A stretch of DNA of 64,000 nucleotides from Takakia lepidozioides (lineage: Eukaryota > Plantae > Bryophyta). Under the pieces are notes generated by a model. It worked only from the letters and a program-made list of their open reading frames with translations. It did not search any database and was not told the origin of the DNA. The position numbers were made by a program, and so were the translations under genes. The stretch is from assembly GCA_030704615.1 (NCBI GenBank), contig CM060731.1, positions 67,332,001 through 67,396,000 on the forward strand. The letters are read 5' to 3'. Within the stretch, counting starts at the first letter, position 1; each line of letters starts with the position of its first letter. This document shows, one piece after another, positions 39,401-52,529 of the stretch.

Positions 39401-41040
39401 CTGTGCTTGAGCTTCTCATGACAAACTTGTCCTGTGATGCCTAAATAGTATTTCAAATGCTGATGAGCTCCAAAGAAACCCAAGGCCTCGAAGTGGCTTG
39501 TTCCATTATGTGGATTGGAGAGGCACCAGGATGTCATTTCCTCTCCTACAGGGTTACAGGAACCCACCATGCAGAAGCTGCTTTGGTTGTTGTGCAGGCA
39601 TGTGGCCCCAAACTATGAACAAGATCTACCAACTGGATTTCTCTCGACTGTCATCCGCCAGATTTTTAAACAATTGGGCCATAAGTTGTAAGTTTCCTAG
39701 GGGGAAGGCAAACATATCGAAGAGATGATGTTTGTAAGATTGTTTCTGAAGTTCGAACTAGAGTAAAATTAGTCTACCCTGCACCCTCTTGATGCATCTC
39801 CAGATTACCCTTGATGAAGAGAAAATAATCTCTTCTCCAACCTCATGATCTCTACACTCCAAGGTCTGACGGCCTTCAGATTCTGGTTCCCCACACAAGG
39901 AGAGAAACATGTTTGATTAGACTACACATCCATGGAAACGCACCGGATATTCAAGCTCCCGGCTTCCAACTCCATGTACGTTGATCACGTTGGACTCGTC
40001 ATCCCCAGTATGGCAGGACGAAGCATCAGTCTCTCGTGGACTTCTCAACTGGCCAGCTCTTCTGCAGCACCTGTCCCATTTGTAGCGGGCCCACGAAGAA
40101 TAAATAGTTCGGCCCGCTGCCCGGGATGTGCATGGATGAATACATCCAAACAATCGACCCTGCCCTCCAACAATCACTGCAGGACACGGGAAAGACTGTC
40201 GTGTACCGATCGATGCTTGTGTGCAGCGTGCTCAATGCGCCGAGAGATGTTTTAGCAGCGGGAGGGATGGTGATGGAGGAGCTCCACAGCACGCAGAATG
40301 GTGTATGTAACAACACCTGCATCTGGGATATGTTTCTATTTTGAAGGGGCATGGCCAGCTGAAAGCTCCGGTAGACTGCAAGCAGGTCTACTTTCTCGCC
40401 ATCAAGAGATGAGGTTGAGTTCGGTCCTTCCAAGATCGTTGAAGCTGGATATGAGGTAGATGTCCGCTGGGGGATTGCCTTGTCAATATCTATTCTGAGT
40501 GCGGGAACAAAACACTCCCGCAGTTACAATGTTGACAGGGAATCCCAACTCCCAACTCCCGAGTCTTCGATCACATGCCCAATTACATGTGGTTGCATGG
40601 ACTGCGAATTTTGCAGGATGTGATCTGCAAGGGCATGGCGAAAAGGCATTTGAACGAGAAGTCTCAACGCATTCTTGATAACCTAGAGCAGTTGGGTCGC
40701 TGCCCTCATCATCACAGCTGGATTTACGTCAGATGCCGGTGTGGGAGATATCATTGCCAGCATACGCGGAGGTGTCGTGGATGCGGGTCGTATGTCTATG
40801 AAGTCCACTAGGCCGCTTTTCGTTTGATCACTTTGATGGAGCACCTGGCATCCATCTCTGCAAGCGGGTCCTGGGCCAGATGGTCAGTGAGAGATACCCG
40901 TCTCCTGTATGCGGGGATGTTGTGTAGTGTTCGATCAAATGCCTAATGGCATGTGGTCTCGTCACAGAATTTCCTCGGTTTGCAAAGGTGAAGATGATGG
41001 CCAAAGCAACAAGGTGTGACCCCAATGAGGATCAACTTTC

Positions 41041-41230
41041 ATGATCATACGTAATATATGCCTCAAGGCAGTAGCACTGAAAGAGGGTCAGTGTGTGCCA
41101 ATAGCATTCAACTTAGATGTCCGTTTGCATGTCGGGAGCTTTGTCCGGATGTATGCCAGGAGCCGAGATGTGATTCATGTTACATGTCCAGGAGACTACA
41201 TCTCGTTCAGGCATTTTGATCGGAAACTCT
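41041..41230 (+). pseudogene. Possible highly degraded PPR fragment
   Basis: NICLKAVALKEGQCV...AFNLDV..HVGSFVRMYA loosely resembles L/S PPR motifs. Confidence 0.3.
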
Positions 41231-44200
41231 GCAAGCAGGTCTCATGCCCAGATTGAAAGGTACACAGCAGTGAGAAGTGAATCCTTCTCATACATGCCAG
41301 TGTGGTGTTCGATCAAATGCTGAACGGCATGTTGTCTCATGGACTATGATTATTACAGAATTTTCTGACAAGAAGCGTGAATCCAAAGTTGATTACTTTC
41401 CTGAGCGTTCCCAAAGCATCTGTCAGCCTCTGTAGCCTTGGAAGAGGGAAACTGGGCTAGTGCCGATCTTAGTAGCAGGAGGAAGAGGGATATTATTGTC
41501 AGCATCTGTGCCAGGTGTGGAGGTGTGACTGGGTCATGTCTATCTACCAGAGTGCAGGTTATATTCAGGCATCCTCATGGGACACTTTGGATTGGTTTCA
41601 GAAGCGTGAGAATCTGGTGAGTAACACCATGTGGTTACTGAAGTGTGTAACAAGATGGGGGCTCATGGACTGATTGTTGCAAAGTCTGTCCAAAGGAAAG
41701 GCACCTCGATTCCATTTGCAGATCCATAATGCCAAACCTGTTTGTTTATGTGAGATCCTCATTACATGTCTTAGAGATGTTGGGCTGGAAGAAGGCAGGT
41801 AGGCTAGTGGTTGGAGAATTTTTGCCTGATGGTCCATGTGTGGGACTGTGGTGGATGGGGCTCATGAGCTATGTCATATGGTGGTCTAATCTTTGTGTGG
41901 GGAATGGCCTTCCCAGTTTGTTTTTAAACTTCAGGACTGTTGTAAGTGTGATCCATATTGTTGCGAGGGTGCACACTTATACTTTAGTCTCATGGACCGT
42001 ATATTCTAGAATCACTCTGGGAAATGATTGTGCAAAGCTTTTCTAACTCACTTATCAAATGCACTGAATACTTAGTGGTGACTTTATATGAAGTCTTGTA
42101 TGACCACAAAGCCGTCAACAGCTTTGTATCCCAATCTGTTCTGTTTGCATTGACTATTTTAGCCAAGATAGTACATAGTATTTTGTTGGTAGCCTCTGCC
42201 TGCCTATTACCCTGTGGGTAATAAGTTGTACTCTTCCTATGCACAATCATGAACTCTTTAGTCAATAGTTCTATGGTCTCATTAATGAAGTGACTTCCCT
42301 GGTCACTGATAAATTCCAGGGGACAGCCAAATCTTGTAAGTATGTTCTCATACATGAACCTTGATGTGGACTTAGCTGTGTTGTCCCTCAGAGCTTTAGC
42401 TTCCCCACTTTGTAGTATAATCAGTGCTTGTTCTGTGTATTATTAGCTGGTGGGTTAATTGGTCCAACAAAGTCTAGTCCCCATTTCTGACCCTTCACTG
42501 GATATCATCTCCAACATGTACAACCCTTTGATTTTGATGTAGCATAGAGGCAATGGAAGCACCTCACATTAAGTGAGTTTGCTAATGACTGACAACCTTT
42601 TGAGAACTTACAATTCTGAACAAAAATGTGAAAGAGCAATACCTTGATGATGGGCCTTATTGATTTCATTTGCTTTCTGTGTGCATCTGGCACGCGTTTT
42701 CAGAAAGGACATAGTTGTCCTCTCATCTTTGAAGCCCTTGTGACAAGACATGATGTATAAAATGAGTGAAAAGACAGACTCTGAAAGCTGAAAGCTTCTG
42801 CCTGAGACAGAAACTCATGAGCTCCTACAACTTATGCAAGTGCTCATTCTTAGAGCTGTACACACTGAAATCATCCAAGAACACCTGCATGAAATCATCG
42901 AGATACTCATGAAAAGATTCACTTATCACTCTCTGAAAGGTTGCTGGTGCATTACAAAGTCCAAAAGGCATGACTTTGTATGCATAAGCACCCCAGTCTG
43001 TGATGAAAGCTGTCTTTCCCTAGTCTTCTTCTGCCACTTGCACTTGATTATAACCACTGAAGCCATCCATGAATGAGTACATCTCATGGCCTGCCACAGT
43101 GTCCAATACTGCTTTTGTGAATGGCAAAGGGAAAGGATCTTTCTTCGTACAAGCATTCAACTTCTTATAGTTCACACAAACTCTCAGTTTACCATTCTTC
43201 TTGGGAACTATCACAATGGGTGACAACCAAGTTGTATACTCTATCGGGTATATAAACTTAGCCTCAGCCAACTTCTTGATCTCTTCTCCAACCTTCTGTG
43301 CATAGTTGGGATTCATTCTGTACCTTGCCTGTTTGATTGGTACTGACCCTGGTTCCAGTTCAATCTTATGCTGACAGATCTCAGGTGGTATCCCTTTCAG
43401 ATCCTCGTAGCTCCAAGCAAATACATCTCTGTATTTGATGAACAGACTCTTAGCTTCCTCAAAGAATTCTGGCTCCAAATCAGCCCCTACCTTCACCATC
43501 CTCGGTTCCTCTTCAGTTCCCACATTCACTTCTCTCACCTGCTCATCAGCTGTGATTGCCCAACCAGTCACCACTTCATCCTGTAAACTCACAGTGGCTG
43601 GTTCCTCTAGGATTACCATTTCTCCCTCTCTTTCTTCATAGAAATGTGGTGGGTAACTGCTTGTTTCACCCTCAATTGGTGTTGCTGTCACTACACCACA
43701 ACAGATACATTTTAAACAACTTAGGCCTTCCAGTTGCATCTCTGCAACCTGCTCCCACTCTGGGTGTGCAGCGAACAGGGTAGCTTCCTGCTCCTCATCA
43801 AGTCCTCCCCTCCAGTCATACTCCCTGACCCCTCGAGGTCTTCTCGTAGGAGGTGGTCTACTAGATTTCTTAGTGGTGATTTGTATCTTGTGCATCCCAT
43901 CATGCACAGTTAGTAACTGGGAATTCCAGTCATGGAATACCCTGGCCTGTTTCAGCCATGGTCGACCCAGCAATAATGAGTAAGCTTCCATGACTTCATC
44001 CATTTTCAACACAGTTACTGTGATCTTAAATATCATCTTTTGAATCTGTATCTTAACTCCTCTTATCAATCCCAATGGCTGAACACTTCTTTGATCTGCC
44101 ATTGTTACTGTAAATGGGGCTGGTTTCATGTTCCTTAGTTCAGGTCTGTGTTCCCTGTCACATGGGCAATTCGATTGATTGCTTGATACAGCCTGTGTCT

Positions 44201-47200
44201 ACAATAAGGTGCCACAGCCAATAGCTGTCCAATGGTAATCTCCGCTTTGGACTAGCATATTACTTCAGCCAAAGTCCCTTCATTACTCTGCATTTCTGCA
44301 GCTTCTTTCTTCCCTTCATCCTCACTCACTTCCTCTTCTCTTTCAAAATCAGAGGAATCTGCCATAGGAATATCAGTACTATTCTGCATTTCCGTTATGG
44401 TATCTGCCACTTCATTGTGCAGTTCCTTCTCATCTCTCCAAGCCTCATCATCTTCAGGCACTTCACTGCCATCTTCATTATCATCACCTTCCTCATCTAC
44501 TGGAGGTATTATTTTGGCTTTGCTTCTGGTTACTATCATTGTACTTACTTCTGGTATAACACATGGCCTAACCATGTGAGCTGCCACCACTGGCCCCTCA
44601 TTCACAGGAGCTCTCATCTCATTTTGGTGTCTGATCCAGAATGGACAAGCTGCCTTGCGATGTCCTGCCTGATTACAATAGTAACACAGTTTTTCCCCAT
44701 TAGGTTCTCGCCCTTGGTGTGTTTTGGGGTTATTTCTGTGATCCTGATTCCCTGGCTGGTAATTCCCCCTTGGGTTACCCTGATAATTGCCTCTGGAATT
44801 TCCTTGGTAATTCCCTCTTGGATTACCTCTCCCTTCCATGCCATTGTTATAACCACCAGGCCTACCATAGTGGTCCCGATCACTGTTTCTTCTTGGCTGG
44901 GGCTGCACTTGATGCACCCTTACTTGCCTAGGTTCTCTTGCTGCTGTCCTTCTGTTGTAGTAACAAATTCTCAGTATAATGGTTATCCATTTTACAGATA
45001 GTACAATGTTTCTTTTTCATGTGACATTCAGTGGTGGTATGGCCTTTATTCTGGCATTTTGCACACCAAACACCCTTCCTCCAATGTGTGCCAGCCTCTG
45101 TGGCATATTTCTTCAAGATTTCTTCTAATCTTTTCTCATAGTTATCCCTCTTCAACTTTTCCTTCCTCTTACTCTTCCTCTTAAGCTCTTGCTCTTCTTC
45201 CTCATCTGACTCATCCTCAGAGTCATCATCATCCATTTTCTCTCTCCTGAGCATTCCCAATTGCTCAATTCTGTTCGCTGTTTCAAATGCCTCCTCCACT
45301 GTATTATGGGGTAACATATCCACTTTCTTTTGCAACTCTGGTCTTAGTCCACTCACAAACCAAGTCTTCTGTAAACCTGGTGCTGGTACAGCAGCCAGCT
45401 TTTTCATCATCAATTCCATCTTTTCCATATACTCCTCAACAGTTTCATGCTTCTTTTGCTTTAACTGTTGTAAACTTCCATACACTTCATCATCAGTTTA
45501 ACTTGTCCTGAACCTATTTCGGAATGCTGTATTCAAGCCATTCTAGGTTAGGAAATGATTATCAGGGAATCTTGCATACCATTCCCTTGCTTTCTTTATA
45601 AGTGAACAAGGAAACAGTCTCATCTTGGCATCATCGCCATTCTCATTGTTCACAACACACATGTGCTCAAATTGGCTAATGTGTACATCAGGATCCCTTT
45701 TTCCTGAATATATTGGAAAATGTGGTTTTGCCCGTGTTGGTTGTAACGCCATCTGTGGCCCTACCCCCTGCCCACTGACAGGTGCTGGCCCCCTTGCTGG
45801 TGCTGGTCCTTGAGGACCTGTGGTAGTTGTGGTGGAACTTCCACCAAGTGCTGGCCCCTGAGCACTCCCTGCTACTGGCCTCACTATATTCACAGTATTC
45901 CCAACTCCAGTTGCACTACTTCCCACACTCCCTGTCCCCCCAGAGCCAGATCCAGGCTGCCTGCCTGATCCCCCTGAGCCGACACCTTCGTTGGCCTGTG
46001 ATCCAAGTGCTCCACTTGATCCAGGTCCAACGGGTTGGGATGTCCTGGTTGTAGTCTCAACCTCAGCCGTTGGGTCTACTTCTTCATACTCTTCATCTTC
46101 CAATTTCTTCTCTCTGTTTTCATCTTCCAAGTTCTGCCCTTGGGTTTCTCCTTCTTCACTCATGTAACTCAATTGCAATGGTGTTGGAGAATTTGAACTC
46201 TCCGTTGGCTCTGCCACATCCTCTTCTCCTTCTTCATCTTCTGTTTCAGAAACTGGAGTTCCTGCTTTTGGTGTTCCATGCCAACTCTTATCAAAGATTT
46301 CTGTCAAATCTTTTATCCAGGGATGTACCTCAGATCTTTCACTTCGTGGTTGATCTTCTTCCTGTACCAATTCCCTTAATCTTTCTTGCAAAGAAAAAGA
46401 ATGAGTGGCATCCAACTCTAGTTCTTCCGGTATGGGTGATGTACTCTCTGATCTTAATGGTGTGAGAGGTCCAGATGATTCCCCTATGTCTATTCCTCTC
46501 TCCCAAAAATATGGATAATTAGCTTTCAGATAACTTTATCTTTTTGCTGAATATCTCTGGAGTCTAGCTTCTCTTTCATCACTCATGTCCCATGTCTTTC
46601 ATTTCTTTAAGGTGGCAATAACCAAAACTCTCTTCTATAGTATCTCTCGTATATGCCTGGGTTTCTTTCAAGCTTCAATGCACCCTTGGCTATACTAGAA
46701 GTCTCCGTTACCATATAACCATATGGCAAACAAGTCTGAAAAGCTGTTCTTGGTGTGAGTTTGATCCACAGAATATCCTTTGGAATCCAATTCTTTACCA
46801 GTACAAGCTCCTCATGCATATGAGTATAAACATTCACCTTCCTTTCCTCCCAGCCTTCAAACTCTACTCGCTTAATGGATAGCAATGCTATCACATAAAC
46901 CAGTGTTGGTAACCAACGTGCTCTTCCTCTACATGCCACCTGATAAATCTTTATCACTCCTTTCTCCAGACCCCACTTAGGGTCAGCATCATGCACTCTC
47001 TTAAGAATGTTTTCTTTTCAACCGTCTGGCAATTCCAAGAACCTCTGAACGAATTGTTTGGACAATCTTTCGTTCTCAGTTCCACAGGGAATTTGATTCA
47101 CATCAAATTCTTTAATTCTCCAACCACCATGATCCCACCAGATGTCTGTCACATCTGGTTGTTCATGACCCAGTTCCCTAGTATGGTCGCCAAATGTCGA

Positions 47201-47825
47201 GCGGCTTTTACTCACCCATCCCTTCGCTATCCGAGGTGGAAACTCCAAGATAGAAGAGTTGAATATCTCTAAGCACTCAGTCCGCTCAGAACAATCAGTC
47301 ATGACCTACAGCTAGTGAATCATGGTTGTGCTTCCTATTTGTATTCCTTCTTGCCTTCATGTTATCAATTTACCTTACCGTGTATACTGAAGCATCAGAT
47401 TGCTTCAGTATCTACTAAGTTCCAATTAATCATGCATTCATTCCACAGCTTCTCTCATGTCTCTCTACACAGTATGTTTGTATCGATTCAATATCGGATT
47501 AAGATTAATCATGTATCATGCCTATGCCATGGTGTCCCTAATCTACCCTACTGTATAATTTTACAGCTTGCATGAATTAAGCCTCAATCAAGTCATCATC
47601 TCCTCTTCACTGTTTCCGCTCTCCGTTACGTCTCCTCCTCTCCTGAACAAATCGCCCTCCTCAAGAAGTGATCCTCTTCTTGTTGCCGCCCTGCCTAATC
47701 TACCCACAAGCTGTTCTAACCACCTAACTAACTAACCGTCACCCCTGAAGTAACACGTTCCCTCTGCAGATGTCGTTCCCACGTGCAGTCGTTCCCTGTC
47801 AATGATAACTGTTCTCCATGTACAC

Positions 47826-48185
47826 TGTGACAGGTTGTGTCAAGCTGTGCCGAGCTGTGACTGGCTGTGTAAAGCTGTGTCGGGCTGTGACTGGCTGTGC
47901 GAAGCTGTGTCGGCTGTGTCTGGCTGTGATAGACTATGACGGGCTGTGTAAAGCTATGTCGGGCTGTGACTGGCTGTGCGAAGCTGTGTCGGTTGTGTCA
48001 GACTGTGTCTGGCTGTGATAGACTGTGACGGACTGTGTAAAGCTGTGCCGGGCTGTGACTGGCTGTGCAAAGCTGTGTCGGGCTGTGTCAGACTGTGTCT
48101 GGCTGTGATAGACTATGACGGGTTGTGTAAAGCTGTGTCGAGTTGTGTCTGACTGTGTCTGACTGTGATAGACTATGACAAACTG
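47826..48185. repeat. Tandem array of 10-bp (G/A)(G/A)CTGTG-based units with ~90-bp higher-order period inside the Athila/Tat-like element
   Basis: GGCTGTGACT GGCTGTGTAA AGCTGTGTCG-type units repeated; GTCTGGCTGTGATAGACT recurs at ~47917, ~48007 and ~48097. Confidence 0.9.
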
Positions 48186-48936
48186 TCTACCCCCCCTAAA
48201 GCCTGCGCCTGCCACCCCTAAGGCTCATGTTGGTCTCAGTCTACCATTCATAAGTCTGCGCAAAAATTAAGGGTACCCCACAGAACCCGTAAAAGCGTCT
48301 AAGTCCCAAGCAGCCCTCTAACACACCGGAATCGACAGTAAGTTAACTCCAATCGGTACCGCAGCCATTGGTGCTAGTACAATCGGCGGTACGATGGATA
48401 CGATAGGAGGTACGTTAGGCAGTGCCGATACTGCAGCTAGCTGTGCGGCTAATAATGCACGTCGTGCTATTCGCACTGCTAATCGATTGGCCCTTGCCTT
48501 AGCCTGATGCTCCCTTCTCACAAGGGACTCCCTCATTCCCCATGACCCTTTCTTCTTTATCGAGAACACCAGTCGATCTCCTTGATTCCTTTCGATAGAC
48601 AATTCGAGTGTCGTTGCCTGGTCCTCTTGTTTAGGTGACAACTGGATCGGCTCCTCCTTGGCTATCTCCAGTGCTAACATCTCCGTCTTCCTTAGGCTCA
48701 GATCCCAAAGGTTCAATCGTTTTAGCCTTCTTCCTCTGACTCCAAAAACATTCCGGAATTTTTGTCTTTTTGTGCTGATTCCGTGGATTGCAAAAAGGAC
48801 ATAATTTTAAACCAGGTGGTGGAACCTTACCGTTACGAATGACTTCCCCTGTCATCTCGTCTTCCTTCAACGACCTTAAAATAAATAAAATCTTGAAAGT
48901 TTATTAAAGCACCATTATCGCAAACCGCATCGTCTT

Positions 48937-48954
48937 TCCCCGGCAGCGGCGCCA
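48937..48954 (-). promoter_or_regulatory. Primer-binding site TGGCGCCGCTGCCGGGGA (tRNA-Asp type, as in Athila-like elements)
   Basis: The minus strand reads ...TTCTACA-TCTTTT-TGGCGCCGCTGCCGGGGA, with the LTR-terminal CA at 48961-48962. Confidence 0.85.
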
Positions 48955-48960
48955 AAAAGA

Positions 48961-49850
48961 TGTAGAATAAAAACTAGAATCAACCCCAGGAAAAAGATCA
49001 ATTAGTTTCGAGGTTCGTTCGCAGGGAAAGCACTTTACGATTATAAAATAACGATACTAGACTATTCTATCTCTCTCTATCCCTTCCTTGGATCGACTTT
49101 TACCACCAGTTGTCTTCATCTAACACGATCAACATTCTTCCAGTTTCATAAATGTTTTCTTCATCATCTATTAACTCTGCTCCATCGGCTAAAATTAAAT
49201 ATCATTGCTCAACTATATTTTTCCTCCAAAAGTCTTCTTTATAAAGGATCGATAATTCCCTATACCATCATTTGCTCACCAACTATAATTGTAGTATCTC
49301 TTTATCGCTACAACAAAGCTTCTTAAAGATATCTATCGACAGATTGTTTAGTAGATTAGTAATCAACTCGGCCAATTCTTTTTCTTCCTCATCAATTGAC
49401 TTTGTCGTGCGCATACATATCGCTACACAACTACATCGCTGTCCAAAACCACACACATATGTGCACACCAAACACTAGTCTATCACTAGTCCACCACTAG
49501 TGCAGCCACTAGGCTGCCACTAGCCACCACTAGTGCAGCCACTAGTCCATCACAATGATAAGGAAAGGAATGATACAAGCATACAAGCTCTCTCAAACTC
49601 ACACACTCGCACATAAAAACATCACTCATATATTAAGTCGAGCCAAGTGCACCCCACGCCATGGGGAATCCACACTACGGCGCCATAGCTAGACGCGGTG
49701 AGGCTCAACTCGAGAAAGATGAGCCCACCGCGATCTACCGTGAAGATAACAACGCCAGGTGCCCAAATATGTATTGGCCCCTGGATTAACACGTGGGTCA
49801 ATCCCAAATGTCAATATATAAAAGCTAGCTATTTTCTAGCTAACTTCACA
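48961..49850 (-). repeat. Probable 5' LTR of the Athila/Tat-like element, interrupted by a foreign LTR copy
   Basis: Ends in CA next to the PBS. The candidate TG start (TGTGAAG on the minus strand) at 49850 is uncertain because there is no second copy to compare. Confidence 0.55.
49403..49554 (-). repeat. Solo-LTR-like copy of the methyltransferase-carrying Gypsy LTR
   Basis: TGTCGTGCGCATA...ACTAGTCCATCACA is near-identical to 49875-50104 but has fewer CCACTAG units. Flanks GACTT and ATGAT do not form a TSD. Confidence 0.85.
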
Positions 49851-49874
49851 TCAGTGGTAAAATAACTTGACAGC

Positions 49875-50104
49875 TGTCGTGCGCATATATATCGCTACAC
49901 AACTACATCGCTGTCCAAAACCACACAACATATGTGCACACCAAACACTAGTCTATCACTAGTCCACCACTAGTGCACCACTAGGCTGCCACTAGACAAC
50001 CACTTGTCACCACTAGTGCAGCCACTAGTCCACCACTAGGCTGCCACTAGCCACCACTAGTGCAGCCACTAGTCCAACCACTAGGCTGCCACTAGTCCAT
50101 CACA
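49875..50104 (-). repeat. 3' LTR (230 bp, TG...CA) of the DNMT-carrying Gypsy element, rich in CCACTAG repeats
   Basis: On the minus strand the polypurine tract AGGGGGGCGA-T directly precedes TGTGATGGACTAGT, and the LTR ends ...GCGCACGACA. Confidence 0.88.
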
Positions 50105-50364
50105 ATCGCCCCCCTAGCTGGCGCTTAGGTCCCTCTAAGTCCAGGTAGCCACAAGATGTGATAGTGGCCATAGCCTCACTAGGTCCTCCACCATTGTCCC
50201 TACTACACTCAAACTCAATAGATCAAGAGGCCGGGTACAAGAGTTGCCCCATCGTTAGTCGCCGTCTTGCAACCTGTGAACTTGAGCCTGAGATCTTGGG
50301 TATTGACTCATATGAGCTTGGCCTCCCATGTCTTGTGAGCTGCCACTAGTCATATCCATTGCCA

Positions 50365-50520
50365 CTATCCCAAGTAGTGTGGACATAACCAATCTCCATC
50401 AAGAACCCTCTCAAGAGGTGGTGTCAAGCATCCCATGTGCCAACCTCTTGAGCATCGATCACACACCAACATAGTGGCGGCACCACGAGCATGCCCACAT
50501 AGCATGCAACGCAACCCTGC
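50365..50520 (-). pseudogene. PHD finger at the C-terminus of the retrotransposon integrase
   Basis: CMLC...MLVCDRCSRGWHMGCLTPPL...GDWLCPHY fits C4-H-C3 with the last Cys replaced by Tyr. Confidence 0.9.
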
Positions 50521-51915
50521 AGATACCACTGCAAGGTTGGGATCTATCCTCCCATCTACATGTGGAAGGTGACATGGCGCACAATTACGCACATGGTCCT
50601 TCCATACCATGCCATCTCGACCCTCCAGAATCAACACTCCTGAAGGCAACACCTCCTTGACCCTTAGAATCACACGTCCTGCTGTGACATCCAAGGTCAT
50701 AGGCGCTGTCTGCTGCAGATACACATAGTCCCCAGGGTAGAAACGCCGAACACCTGGCCGATATCCCCCTCCATGTATAGTGACATACCTCAATGTGTTT
50801 CGGTGTTGGGCAATAGCAAGATTCTCAAAAGCCATAGGCATGACTCTCTTGAACAACTCTGCCCGCTAGGCACATGCTTGTGTCCACACATTCGGATCAT
50901 TAAGGTTGAGGACTACTGCAGCCTCCCTGCGAATAGATGCAGGCAAATCCAGCTCTCGGCCAAAGAGAAGGAAATATGGTGAGAAGGAGGCAAGTGATGC
51001 TTGCTTGCTGAACTTGTAGCCCATGGCTAACCAAGGTACCTGAAGATCCCAATCTCCTAGGTGTCCCTTTTGCAAGCCATACTTGCGCAAACCCTTCTTC
51101 ACCGTCTGCACCACTCTCTCTGCCAAGCCATCGGCCTCAGGATGATCCCGAGAAGTGGTACGGTGGTCTATCAAAGCTTTATCACACAAAGCTTGAAACT
51201 CCCCCAAGAACTCTCTCCCTTGGTCCGTGAGTACCTCAGCTGGAGCACCGAATCGGCTAAGCACACGATCCAGGAATGCATATGCAGCCCCCTCACTAGC
51301 CTTGTCAGGCAATGGAACCAACTCAATCCACTTGGAGAAGTGCTCCACCATCACCAACACATATCTGTGGTGGCGCATCGTCAATGGCAACGGCCCTGCG
51401 AAGTCAAGACTCCACCTGTAGCCCAATCCCATGATGGGTAATGGATGCAACTGTGGTGTAGGGGAGTTGAATGAAGCACGCGCCCTGTCACACACCATGC
51501 ACCTAGCCACAAATTGTTGCACCTCTGTGTGTATACCACGCCACCAATACTGCCCCTGCAATAAACTATGAGTGCGTCGCATTCCAAAATGCCCCAACTC
51601 CTCATGGGCATGCCGCACTAACCGTGCACGTTGTGTTGGGTGAGGCACGATCCTCACCCGACCAGCCTCCCACACTCGAAGTAGGTGTACCCCCTCCCAC
51701 TTCAACCTCTTCGCTCGTTGCAGGATCCGATCCCTCTCCTTGGCAGTCACACTAGCTGCCGTGTCTCCAGTGCGGAGGTAGTCCAACACAACCGAATCCT
51801 CATAAATATCTTTGGCACCACCTGGCTCATCACTAGCCTCAAGGTCCTCAGACACTCCGTCTACAGTCATCCCTGTTGTAGGTCCAACCTGACCTCCCGA
51901 TGCCAAGATACACAA
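50520..51915 (-). pseudogene. Gypsy integrase (HHCC, DDE core), one in-frame TAG at 50866
   Basis: HAHEELGHFG...CMVC; WSLDFAGPLP; VEHFSKW; LTDQGREF; HPEADGLAERVVQTVK; SPYFLLFGR. Confidence 0.93.
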
Positions 51916-52529
51916 AAAGGCAAATGCATGTCATCCCGACACTATCTCCTCGTCCGTCTCACCATGCCACCGAGCTCCAGTGTCATCCTGCTGGTTCGTG
52001 CATGGATTGCGACTCAATCCATCCGCATCCCTATTGACCAAACCCGGTCGATGCACAACCTGAACATGTCTCTCATGCTCCTCCACCGTAGCACGAGAGG
52101 CAAAGCAATTCCTGTAAGCCTCAGGAACCGCCGTATACGTCGTCTCTCTCCTCTAGTGACAATAGGTCCAATGTCAGGCTCCCAATTGCCCTTCGTAACT
52201 GCAACCTTAAGTCCAGCAGACTTAGAGGTAGAGGACGCGTCCCGTGGTTGCTATGCCGCAACCTCTTGAGCAGTACTCCCTGCCTGTTCAGTCAATGACA
52301 AGGCCTCATCCTGCCCCATCATCTCATCCTTGAGGACCTCCTCAACCCGAGAAGAATCCCCAACCTCATCCATCACAGCCGCCTTGGCTGCCAACTCCCT
52401 TTGAACCTCGAGCACCTCCCACGTGTGCCATGGATGTTTACACCCCGTGGTCCTCACCGGCTCGCCCCCACTCACTGTCTGTACCGTCTCGGTAGGCAGA
52501 GAGTTTGTCAAGGGAAGTGCACTCCGCAC

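Larger units (their letters stand above)
41990..49850 (-). mobile_element. Athila/Tat-like (non-chromovirus) Ty3/Gypsy LTR retrotransposon, decayed; 3' LTR not found
   Basis: Gag (FPIYSGKRDPDVHISQFE...RLFPCSLIKKAREWY), three CCHC-type knuckles, protease LIVDTG (~44192-44209) and LLLGRPWL, RT (YSFMDGFSGYNQV, PFGLCNAPATFQR, VFLDDF), integrase (WGLDFVGP, FISDQGSHF, YYPQGNRQAEATNK). A PBS and a candidate 5' LTR are at the right. Confidence 0.88.

Noticed and set aside
36900-41000. Assorted 60-135 aa ORFs
   Set aside because: No recognisable motifs, consistent strand or splice structure; treated as unassigned intergenic or decayed sequence.
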